In this document: positions 13,318-33,943 of the stretch, in pieces
Position numbering within the stretch: the first letter of the stretch is position 1
Layout: every line of letters starts with the position of its first letter
DNA from: Lingula anatina
Lineage: Eukaryota; Animalia; Brachiopoda
DNA: 64,000 nucleotides
Reading direction: 5' to 3'
Assembly: GCA_051362555.1 (NCBI GenBank)
Contig: CM120640.1
Coordinates: 46,664,788 to 46,728,787, forward strand
Notes under the pieces: generated by a model
What the model saw: only the letters and a program-made list of their open reading frames with translations
The model's database searches: none
Told to the model about the DNA's origin: nothing
Translations under genes and position numbers: made by a program

Positions 13318-16300
13318 TCATGATCTCTGCATTAATGCTTGGAACATATTACTCAAACTCAGACAGATCTTCTGGGACTGTTCCTATGGAAAAAATGATA
13401 TAAATGTATTCATTTCACTTTATCTTGATACTAAAAGGAAATAAAAGATCCACTTGTTTTACCATTCAGGATTTGACTCATCGGTAAATAACAAAGGGAA
13501 AGTCATTCAATGTTTTCTCTTAATCGGAAAATGCATCTTTAACATTTCCTTCTTTTTGCCAAGGAAAAATCATTTGGTAATTCATTCATGCATTCATTAA
13601 TTTTCAGACCTAATAGTAACTGCATGCATTACAGCACTAGTTCTTTATTTAGATGATGAGGATATCGCTGCATAATACCAGCCTTGTAGTAATCGCATTC
13701 AACATTTCAGGTCATCTTTCAACAGTGTTCTAAATGCCAAAATGCCACACACAGTCAGAGATGTCAAATCACCAAGCAGTGAACATTATTTCTGGGTGGT
13801 GACTAGCATTCAGACAAATGCCAAATAGTGCAATATCTGAGGTGCATATAAGCCTACTTCAACATTAAACAATTAAGGAAACAAGCCATCAATTATCTAA
13901 GGCTTCATTCACATGCAATGTCTATTTTCTAAATTCTATTTTCTATTCGCGGTATGTCTTATGATCACGGTCTGTGCCCTGAATATCCCGCGGCGTAATT
14001 ACTGGCAGTGCGAGCCAGTTACTATAAGTTACTATAAGTAACTGGCTCGCGCTGCCAGTAATTACGCGGCGGGATATTCAGGGCACAGACCGTGATCATA
14101 AGATAGCGCGAATAGAAAATAGAATTTAGAAAATAGACATTGCATGTGAATGAAGCCTAAGACACCGTTTTGGAAAGGCAAACGGTTTTAAATTGTAAGT
14201 GTATAAGATGATAATCAAGTTGCTAGAGACATAGGCCCCATTTGTATAGACATCATTGGCCTATGTAGATTGAACCAACTCTGTAGGGATTCTTGCTAAG
14301 TGCAATCAGCTTAATTGAAGGACACCCCTCTTCTTGTTTTCAAAATACTCATATAATCACCAGCTTTTCTGTATTCTACTCAAGATGAAGTGTATCATTC
14401 AGTTAAGCTGATCACACTCAGCCAGAGTCCCCACAGAGTTGAAATGATCTATGTAAACAGATGGTGTCTGTGGGAATGGGGTCATAGTGCTAAGGCTCTA
14501 GCAAATATTTCATAAAATTCTCAATTTAATTCATGAAAGATATATATTGGATAACATTTTGCAAAAAATGTCATAAATGTGTAGCAAATATGAATTTTGT
14601 TGAAAACAGAGGTTTCGCCTGTAATTTTAATAATTTTCCTTGCTCATGTGCACATACTTCATTCTGACACTGGAACACGTGGCAGCTGTACGTGGTCTTG
14701 CCAACTTGTCCCGTCTTCACTGCAATGTTGTGTTTCCCTGCCCCATCACTAAAGGCCATCATTTGTGCCACTGTGTGGAGGGGGTGACGTTCAATTATTT
14801 CCTGAAATAATACAATGCATAATAGAAAGTCTAGTGCTTGTACCCCTCTACTGTATCATCGTAGGCCAAGAAAAAACTAATCCTTAAGATTATTTTATTT
14901 GACTAATGTAAAAGAAAAATATTTTGACTAGACACAAAAAGAAACTACTAAATCCAAAGCAATTTAGCTTAGTTTCTAAATCATCCTACCATATCTGTAT
15001 CAGCATTTAATGTATCACCCATTTCTTTGGACAGAAATATAAATTTCAGTTTCATTAAATCTTACAAAGAAAAGCCTTGCACCTATTCATAGTCAGAGGA
15101 CAATAAAGCTTTCTCAAAGAGCAAGGATATGACACCTGACATTAATAGTTTTCTATAGAAATAACTACAGAGACATTCAAATTATGATTTCTTTTACTTT
15201 CCCTAAAATACAAAAAAATCAGACCTATTTTACCAGAATTTCATTTAAATGCTTACATTTACCAATGAAATATTTTTATGAAATAATTTTCAATACAAAA
15301 TAATTTCCCAGGCAGAGAAAATCATTTTTCTACTTTATAAGACCCATTTGATTTTTTTAACCATATTGATCAATAATTTCTTTTTAATAAATTCCCACAA
15401 TGTACATTGTGAAGAATTCATCTTGGCTTCTACTTTTACTAGTCCTGGTCCAGAGGTGTCATGTTTGTTCCTTAATATCATCATTCATCTCCATGACATT
15501 TTTCTAAGATATTTTTTACTTAAATCAATATGAGAATAAACTTGGAGTCATATAGCAGATTTTTATTTCAAAAAGATGAATCAACACAAATCCAATTTAT
15601 TGCCCTTTGCAATTTCAGTTTCTAGCCAAGTGAAGTGCATGCTTGAGAAAATTGCACTGCTCCAAAAGTCCAGAACATTTCACATGGTTTGTCAACAATT
15701 TTGAGGTCAAATTTTAGGTGGAGCTGCAAAATCTACATAGACCCTGACACTAACTATAATCACCAATGTCTGACAAAAAACCCTGCTCCAACTGCAATAG
15801 GGGAGATACAGGTGAAACCAAAATTTCGTAAACTTTACACAAACTTTCACTGCAATCAGCATGTAAAATGTCCAATATATATAATTTGTCTCACCTTTAT
15901 CATTATTTATTCATTAATTTTTAGATTTCATTTCCTGATTTTGGATTGCAAATTGGAAAAAAATCCTCAAACAAACTCTGAATATTTGTTTAATTCAAAA
16001 TATCTTTCAAAAGTTGTCACGGAAATAAACTGAATATCAATATTAAATACACTAATAATAAAATTTTGTATGTGTAGTACAATGATCATAACTGTTATTG
16101 CAAAGGTTAATAAAATCTAAATTGGTGATTGCTTTTAGCTCTCTCTGTAGAGTAAAGCCCCACACTTAATACTCTGCCACTGGAAATCCTGGTATATATT
16201 AGTTTCAGAGCTCAGCCAATCAAATCTGGGTTACACCTACAGAAATGTTTTGAATGATTAACTTTCAGACTGATTACAAAGTCAGTAACAACAGTATAAA

Positions 16301-18974
16301 TTGACACCGCTAAATACAGCAGGCACTTTATCAGCTACAATGAGGAAGTAGAAGTGACAACTGTTATCTAAAGTAAAGGTTATGAAATATTGAAACATAC
16401 CCTTCACAGCAAATGCAAATTTATAAATTACCTTTAATCCAGGGCAGGTACTTCAACAGTAATACATTTGTGTCTACTAATTTTCCTACTTATGTACTAC
16501 CTAACTATGCATTTTTTCATAAATTTACTATACTTTTCATTTCTTCTATAATACTGTGTTCTGAGGACATTCTAGGAGGGGCATCCCACGTTTAGTATTT
16601 TTAACCAACATTAACCCAGACATCTGTGCCCTATCAAAACTCTTCAAATTTTACATCACACCATGCTGTTTTACTGCTGTCCATAACACTCCATACATCA
16701 CTTGAACTGTACAGACTTTGACTTTGATAAACATCCTTAGTGAAACACCCATGCATGGAATTATAACAAAACATTTTTTCACATAAACTGCACAACAAAA
16801 AAAAATTAAAAAATTAAAAAATTTAGAAAAAAAAAAAAAAAAAACCTTACCTCTCTCCTTGACAGCCTTATGCCATGTTTTGATATCAAAATGGTAACTA
16901 TGTCATCCTCCTTAGGTAAAAAAGGTAACTTTCCCTGAATCTGAAATCAGATTTTGATACTTTATTCTACTACTGTGATTTCAAATTATTTCAGATCTCA
17001 AATAAACCACTCACAGCTGAATAAGCAAACTATAATACAGCATTCAATAATTTTACAACTTTTAAAGTGCTACAGACAGGAGTTAGTTAAAATTTTTGTT
17101 GGACTGGAGCAAGATAAAATCATAACAAAAACCTTGCAAAACATTTAATATCATTACAGTGTACTGCGCTTAAAGTTTTTTTAAAATTACACTTAGGTAA
17201 ATACAGTCATAAGTTGCAAATGTTTTTATTTTGCATGCTAAATCCCCCCCCCCCCTTCTTTTCAAACTTATTCATCCACAGAACTCTTTTGTCCATTCAA
17301 TTTCTTCCTGTTTACTCTAAGCAAGTTAAGATGAGAAAAACTGCTCATTTCATTTCTCTTTTACTAGTAAGTGCTTCTTTCACACAAGGGTATGAAAATG
17401 CTCAATGGAGGAGAAATTTATCATGGTGCAGTGAAATCCTGTGTAGTGGTCCTTAAAATTAGCCCTACACAGGATTTCACTGCGCCATCATCATGATATA
17501 ATTTCCCTAAAAAAATTGTAAGATGGTGTGGAGCAATGAACAGTGCAAAAGAAATAATCCAATCAATTTACCACATTAAAGTTGCCTAATTGCCAAATAT
17601 AGCAATAAATTAAATTTCTTATGGAAATTTGAGGGCAGGATAATTTTCCACCAATCTAACTAAAAATATATTCTCAGCATTAACTAGGAACAAGGAGACA
17701 TAATTTCCTTTTTTTTTGAAAAAGTGTTGATGTTGTTGCTGTTGTTTTTTACTCTGCCAGCAGGTCAGTGGCATTTATTATTTCAAACAGAATCTACAAC
17801 CTTATAATCCCACCTGTGCTTCTTCTATTTTGTCAACTAACTGGGTAGATGCAATCTTTTTGCTCCCTGTGACACTGCTAAAGCTTTGCAAACTTCCCAG
17901 GTAGTGAACATGGTACTGTGCAGCTTTGTTCAATATATTAGGCCCAGCCTCCAGTAACATCTCGCGGCTGCCAGATAGATTTTCACTTGATCCTAGAGAC
18001 TGAAAGATAATTTCACAGATATGTAGCATGTGGTCATCTGCTAAAATGAACCTGTATGCCTTAGGATGTTACAGTATGTATCAATACACAGTACTTTCTA
18101 ATTTGTAACATATTTCAACTTCTGTAAAAGTCAATTTATGCGTGCCCAACAATATTGTTCAAAGAATCTAAGACAAGATCTGTCCTTCTTAAAATGTTTT
18201 TCTTTACTGTGAGACATGCAGAGAAGAAAAGATACTGATAGATGTATGGAAATGATGTAACAGAGAAAAACATATGCTGTGGAGGAACCTATGTGATATT
18301 TGCAATGTTACACTTTGACTGATTCGTGTAAGAATTTTCAAGGCAACAACTTTGTTTAAGAAAAGTCTCTGGATGCTAATATAAAAAACTCAGACTAAAT
18401 AAACAAAATATTTAAAGTCAATCAAATCACAATCGAAAATGTTCAAAATGAACTTGATAAAATTGTCATATTCAGAACAAATGACATATAAAATTGAGAG
18501 AAACAAACTCTATTAACAATTCTTCAAACTTTACCCACAAACTTATTTCCTTTGAAATACAGGCTTTATCAGGCCATAAGTGCTTTCATAAAATTATTTT
18601 TATGGTGATGACTCGATCTTTTCAATGGGGATAATTGTGAATTTTACAAATTGGAAATTTTTTAAGTCCTAAATTCTCTAAATTAGAACATATTCCCATC
18701 AAGTGGTAGCAACAAAATTACAAGCAGACTATCCTATTGTTCTATTCTATACAACACAAATGCAATACAGAGATATCACTTTGAATGATTCCAAATTTAT
18801 ATATCTGCAAGATTGATAACTTTCCTCAATAAAAAATAGTCATTACTGTATATCTTACAAAACTAAATTGTGCATAAAACCATTTATCAAATATACATTT
18901 AGCATTGATTGGGTATAGAAACCAAATATTATGGACTTTCGGTCTAATTTGATGGTTAAATCATCTATATGCCA

Positions 18975-19010
<36 letters not shown>

Positions 19011-19399
19011 GTGTGTGTGTGCGTGTGGAGGGAGGGGGGGGGGGGGTAGAAATAAGCATACCAGTAAGTCCAGGAAAATGATAAATACTGACAAGGCAGC
19101 TACATGTAGCTTGGAACAGAGAGTAGTGCCAAAGAGGAAGCACACCAGTGGCAGTGCGAATTCAGAGCGATAGATGCAACTTACTTCACTGTTACTGCCA
19201 GTGTTGCTAGTACTGTACATGTACCGTACTATTCACTACAAGCACTACAATTTAATTAACAGCAGAAATGTGTCAATGTCACATTGTCAGTGTCACGGCT
19301 GAGAAACATTAAAACACTTACCTGTGAACCTTCTTTGCTATTAAGAGATTCCTTGCTTCCAAAATTGACATTTGTTTTAGACTTGGTTTTTCTAAACAT
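13318..19399 (-). CDS. ITGB1BP1: Integrin beta-1-binding protein 1 (ICAP1), PTB-domain adaptor; 187 aa, 5 coding exons
   Basis: Exons 19399-19322, 17999-17814, 16940-16851, 14801-14658, 13383-13318; all introns phase 0, GT-AG. MFRKTK..., EEAQIQGKLPFLP, ISKHGI, RHPLH, DGAGKHNIAVKT and FQCQNEEQSQKICLSLS match recalled human ICAP1 (MFRKGK, DVAQQDGKLPFVP, VSKYGI, RHALY, GAGKSLLALKT, YQCNSLEQAQAICKVLS). Confidence 0.93.
13901..14157. mobile_element. 257-bp near-perfect palindromic MITE with TAA target-site duplication (PIF/Harbinger/Tourist-like) in ICAP1 intron 4
   Basis: taa|GGCTTCATTCACATGCAATG...CATTGCATGTGAATGAAGCC|taa; arms of about 120 bp with few mismatches; a 3-bp TWA TSD is characteristic of Harbinger. 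Confidence 0.88.
17423..17488. other. 66-nt hairpin (24-bp stem) in ICAP1 intron 2
   Basis: ATGGTGCAGTGAAATCCTGTGTAG / CTACACAGGATTTCACTGCGCCAT, one mismatch, 18-nt loop. Confidence 0.8.
18979..19025. repeat. (CT)n then (GT)n compound microsatellite, followed by a G tract
   Basis: Direct reading. Confidence 0.9.
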
Positions 19400-19760
19400 A
19401 TCCTGGCACTACATTTTGTTGACCTGCCACAATTCATCGGCAGCTCATTTCCCCTTCGAGACCCCCTCCATTTTGATGCAACCCCTTCAGTCACATGACT
19501 AAAATATAGTAAAATGTCAAATCAGTTTGAAAAATAGTTTCATATTTAGTCATGGCGCGTCATATTATCCTTAAATTATCGTAGAATGTGTTTCATTACC
19601 TTATTTTACTCGTTGTAAAAATAATTTTGAACGAAGTATTTTTCCCATCATTCCCATAGACCGCCATGTTGGAAGAGATCTAAGTTCTGAGTAGACTTTT
19701 GTTGATTTCATTTGGCGGTTGTTTCCTTCTTTCTTTGTTGCCCTTTGCAAAGGTGCAAAC
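19400..19760. promoter_or_regulatory. Probable bidirectional promoter between ITGB1BP1 and TCEA
   Basis: Divergent ATGs separated by 361 bp; locally more CpG; YY1-type CCGCCATGTT at 19661-19670 and CATGGCG at 19551; no clear TATA box. Confidence 0.7.
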
Positions 19761-28407
<8,647 letters not shown>

Positions 28408-30498
28408 GTAAACAGAAGAAATCTCTTATGGTGCAAGCCGTAGAATTAACTACCAACATTACTCCATGGAAAACATTGTCCAAGACTGCAGAAACTCTGG
28501 AGCAGCAACTCTGTCTTTACATCAGATGATATTCAAGAGAAGATCTTCAACTGTCAAGTGCAAATGCTATAGCCTTGTTTATTAAACAGATGGAAGTTTA
28601 AAACTTATTTAGAATTGCTTATTGAGAGGAAACTACTTTAACCTAATTGAATATTGTTGTTCAAAGAAGTTATTCCACAAATAAGATACATGTTACTAAG
28701 TATAGTACAAAAATATAATTATCATCAATCAGAGTTTGCCAATGAAATTTCAAAAGTCCAAGTCTGATGGTAATCAAAGTGGAGTTCTGCTAAACTAAGG
28801 TACTGCACAAATGTTTCAGTTTGATGGGTCGGAAAAAAAATAATTTTAGATGTATGACTCAAACTTGGTATGTCGCAACTTGTTTTATTCCTGATTAAGA
28901 AAATGGTATGTCATGGATAAAATTGCTATTGTACTTCAGTTTAAGGAAATCTCAGAGTAAAACATTTTGGTGCTTTGGGACAGTTTCACCTCTAAGATAC
29001 AGACCAAAATCTCTTCTTTAGATTTAACCTTAAATGCAGATCAGGAGTGCTTTTTGCAAAAATGTGGCCAATTTGTCAAATATTTTCATATTTAGAGAGT
29101 TAAAAAGGTGTAAGAGTTTTAAAATTAGACATACATATAAAAAATGATGAATATTCTCAGCACTGATTTAATCTTAATTTTGGTTTAGGTAAGTCCAGTC
29201 AACATGTGAAACTGGCCTTAATGTTTTATAGATTATAAAAGCGGCAGTGAAAGGAAAAGCAAGTTGCTGCATCTCTGTGTGAAGCCCCTTTTTTTCACCA
29301 GTGTAGTTATGTAAACACGTGAAAGAAGATTAGTTGTATAAATACATATTTGTATAGTTTTATAAATAAATAATTGATCTAGAAGATTTTTTTAATTCGT
29401 TTCATGACAAATTATAACCATGGTGTGTTAAGATTCAAGTGTACCCTGAGCCCCCATTTCTCCAAGTGACATTCGCTTTCAGTAGATCTGCACTGCAAAA
29501 GCTTTGGTAAAGGATCAGTAAAGGGTTATAAAGTAGTCTTACCCTTTAAGATCTAATTTGAGAAGAGAAATGGTATAAATGAAGATGAGTAATATTTTCC
29601 ATTCCAATTTGTAATTGCAAAGATGAATGGTACTGCACTTTTTTTTTCTGTGATTGTGCCCACGAGGCCCTTTACGTCTGATGACAAATTCTGATTGTGA
29701 CATGGAAATTCCAAGAAAAGTGTTCAATATGCTTTGATATCACCAAATGAACATATGCTGCCAATCATGTTAATTGAATAAAAGATAATCAAACAGATCT
29801 GTGTTCACTGCATTCCTTCAGGTAGTGCGCTCTTCAGTAAATAAAGGCGAGAAAACGCTTAAAAACAAACCAGGGTGAGGCTGTAGAAATCGACCATAAA
29901 CGGATATCATGACTTATTTGGTTCATCTATTCACGACAATATAGTGAGTACGTTGATGTATTGATTTTAGGCTTCTTACGTGTTATCATCAGTGTCTTTA
30001 CTTACAGAAACGTATGGAAAGTTTCCCGTGGATTTTATTGCGTGATAATGATTAATGTTCGAGCCTCCTACTCGGTCCACCTACATTACTATCTATGTCA
30101 TTAGTCCAGGAATACACCCAAGACTTGTCTTAAGGAAATAGTTCATTGTTGAATTAATAAAGATCCTGTTTTTAACATTTCGCGCTTATTGGAATACTAT
30201 GGGTTTTGGATATGTTCATCTACTTTGATTGCATGTTCTTAGTTACATTATCCAGATCAAAATACGTAACTAATATGTAAAGATTATAATCATAAAGGAC
30301 AACACTAAGAATTCCTTACCATACTTTACCGTACCGTGTTTTAATACTACGTCGTGTAGATAGGATAAGATGAAGATTATAGGATAGAACTTGTATTAAT
30401 CATATTTACTGCATATTGTTGTTATTTTTAATTAATATTTTACTGTAAACGCTGTCATTGTATTTTCTTAAGAAACTGCCCAAGGAATAATTATAATT

Positions 30499-33400
30499 AT
30501 GGCCCAAGTAGTCAAGTCTGGATGGCTGAAGAGATTTAGTCGTAAGTACAACATTTTGTTGAAGTTTGCAGATTTTGTTTATGAAAATTTATTTGTCTTA
30601 TAAAGCCACAGCTGGATTTAATTTTTCTTCAGTTTATTGATAACGATAATTAATTCTTACAAGTAAGTAAACATCAGTAAAGTCAAGTGTGATATATTAG
30701 TTCATCATTAATAGTCAATACCTTTCTCTTATAATATCTTCTAACAAATGTCAAATATTGTGTGTATGGTTCTCTTATTCCAGGGAGTTTATTTAGTGGA
30801 GGATGGAAAAATGTATGGGTAGTACTACATAAAGACAGTGCTTTAGTATTTTACAATAACCAGGGTGATCATACACCAAAGGGAAGTGTTTATTTAAATG
30901 TAAGTACATTTTTGTCACTTTTCATGAACATTAATTGTTGTAGTGAAAATAAACATTTTTAGAGTTACCAGAAATCATCTGTTACCAGTAAGAAAGGATT
31001 TTTCAAGCCATTAGCAAGCACCTAGTACACTACATGAAACAAGATTTAGTTTCAATTATTTCACAATGTGGGTTTTTTATCATTTTAGAATGTATGCAAT
31101 TTCCTAGCTGTTGGTAACTATACCAGTGTCATACCAGACAGGCCAACAGGGGTACAGGTAGAATGCCTGATAGCAGTACCACAAGAACCAAGCAAAACAG
31201 CTAAAATCAATTGGTTTCTGTGTAATTCACAACAAGAAGTAAAGTAAGATTTTTCAGTGTCAACAGCCAGTGTGAAACATTTATGCAGATTTACAGTAGT
31301 AACCTAGTTAGTTTAATATCATTTGTTAAGAAGACCTAAGGCTTATAATTCGTATAGGTGAGGTCTGCTAACTTAAAGATGGGACTATTTGCATAAGACT
31401 GCAAATTAGCTTAACATTGCATCATCCCATTCTTTTTCATTTATGTGGCATATGTAGTCTGTTGATTTAAGTTACATCTGCCCAGTCTAAAATTGTTCTT
31501 GTCTGAGTGCAACTTTAAGAGCTTGCAAATATAAAACAACTAAAGGTTTTGAATAAAAAAAATGATGATATCCAAAATTGATGATATACAAGTTGAATAG
31601 TGGATTACATTTATTTAATGATTTTTGTAACTACTTTATTTCAGTGATTGGATGTCTGCAATTGTATCAACAGTAAGTACTTCAACACAGGTGTAATTTT
31701 CAAACCTTCACATCACCAATCTTTAGGGAACAAAATTTTATTGATACAGGTTTGACAGATATTGTGCCTATGGTGCTTTCAATATTTCATGTTACTACTT
31801 TCTTCAATTTAATGAGACTGAGGCTGCTTTCACATTTATTTAAAACAAGTGCAATTTTTCTTTAGTTTTTGGAGTGATATTCATAATAAGGTATCTTATC
31901 ATTATTGTGAAAAAAAATTACACCTCAGCTTTCATCACAACCCTGGTGAAAAAAGGCCCGTAGTGCATCATTGTTTCAGTCACCCGTCATTACAACCATA
32001 CCATATTTATACTTTGATTCACACCAGCACAGAAATTGTTCTTGACAAATGGCAAAATGTATAGGTCAAATCGATGCAGGATCACAGGCAAATGGTTAAA
32101 TTACATTTATTTATACAGCATAGGCTTTAAAACATGTCTTTGTGTCATATTTCCAGCTCCCACCACCACCACAACAGCAGCAGGCAACGGCTCCAAGTGC
32201 ACCTCCATTTACTGCTAGCCAGCCACCAGCCAGTGGAGCAGCTCCTCTAGGATTTGGAGCAGTAGCAGGTATAAGATTAGTTTAGATGAAGTTCAGGGTA
32301 CACATCTAAAATATCATTATATTGTTAGATATTTTTTACTCCATTAATATGATTTTTTTTTCAGTATGGAATGGTCTTTTGATGTAATAGCGCACATATG
32401 AATTTTAATTTAACTAAAATACGGATTGGTCAAATATGGTTTATAACTGTTTGCAGTCTTATCTTTTGCAAATTAAAATCATTAAAATACCTTTTCCATA
32501 TTATTTCAGTAATTTTGCACCTGTAACATTTTAATTGCTCGTTACCTCTAAACATATCCTTGTTTTTGGATATGCTACAAATTTACTGTTTTTTTTCCAT
32601 TACAGGGGCAGCAGCAGCAGGCTCAGCACCCCCACCATATCCACAACCATCACAACCATATCCCTCAGGACCCCCAGGGGGATACCCAGCACAACCTCCA
32701 GGGGGATACCCTCAACAACCCCCTGGGGCATATCCACAACAGCCCCCTGGGGGATACCCACAACAACCCCCTGGAGCATACCCAAGGCAACAACAACCAT
32801 ATCCACAGCAGCAAGGTTACCCTCAGCAGCAGTATTACCCACAGCAACAGCCTTACCCAGGACAGCCAGGTACTGTCTGAAACTCATTTCTTTTGATAAT
32901 TTTCTACAGTTAATGTTTCACATATTTTGATAGATGAACAAACTGTATTTTGTGATCTATCTGTCTCTATATCCTTCTTTTGAAAGATTAAAAAGCAATA
33001 TGCAGATCATGTTTAGTTTAAGTGTTGATGTAAGGTTTTTCACAAGGTGAGATATGAATGGCTGGTTTTAAATCAGATTTTTGCAAGTTTGTTTCTTGTC
33101 CAGGCTGCCATCGCCTCAATTTTTATTGCTCACTATTTAGGCAGTTCTGAATTGCAGAAGTCAGATATCACCCAAATGACAGTGCACACAAATGTTACTG
33201 TACAAAGAGACCAGTGTACATTATCTGATTGCATTTCTTGCGTGCATCTGGTCTTGGAATAAGGCATCTGTAAATAAAACTGCATATTAATTCAACAGGT
33301 CCCTCTGGGTATGCTCCACCTCCTGCAGGTTACCCCCAGCAGGCCTATGCTGGTGCCCCCCAGGGAGCATATGCTGGTCAACAACAAGTGTATAGAAAAA

Positions 33401-33943
33401 AGAAGAAGAAGGGAATGTTAGGGGGCAATGCTGCAAAGATTGGTGCAGGTAGATAGCTTTTTTGAGAGAATTGTCTCCTGGAGAATATTCATGGAAGTAG
33501 TTTTCTTTTTAAGAAAACATTAACATTCCATTTGAAATTGAAAAATATTGATAGACCCTTCGGACTAACGGATTAGTCCTAGTTTATATGTAGAAAATAT
33601 TTGTCATAAAGCTTGGGAACAAATCTAGCTGACCAGGTTGAAATTCATTAAATAAAAAATTAAAACCAATGATACCCATTATAAATATTCTGGCTTTTTG
33701 AAAATATTGAAACTTTTTTCCTGATTATTTTGACTAGTTCTTAAAGTCCATGTCACTTATGTTCCAGGTCTTTTAGGAGGTGCAGCATTAGGATACGGAG
33801 CGGGTAAACTGATGGGTCACGGCATGGGCTGGGGATTTGGGGGTGGCTGGGGTCACCATGGCAGCTGGAGTTCACTGGACAGTTGGGGCAGTGGAGGAAG
33901 CTGGGGAAGTTGTGGAAGCTTTGGAAGTTTTGGTGGGGATTAA
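30499..33943 (+). CDS. PH-domain protein, PLEKHB/evectin-like, with Pro/Gly/Tyr/Gln repeats and a Gly-rich hydrophobic C-terminus; 347 aa, 8 coding exons
   Basis: Exons 30499-30541, 30784-30899, 31089-31243, 31645-31672, 32157-32268, 32606-32869, 33299-33448, 33768-33943; 1044 nt in frame. PH signature VKSGWLKR...GWKNVWVVL...LVFY...EVNDWMSAI; probable non-coding exon ending at the GTGAGT donor at 29944. Confidence 0.85.
32671..32790 (+). repeat. Coding 24-nt tandem repeat, 5 x PPG(G/A)YP(A/Q/R)Q
   Basis: Translation of PH-gene exon 6. Confidence 0.9.

Noticed and set aside
18855-19220. 121-aa and 80-aa ORFs in ICAP1 intron 1
   Set aside because: Driven by CT/GT microsatellites and a G tract.
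32535-32930. Overlapping alternative-frame and antisense ORFs over PH-gene exon 6
   Set aside because: Shadows of a stop-poor coding repeat; only the PPGGYPQQ frame fits the splice phases.
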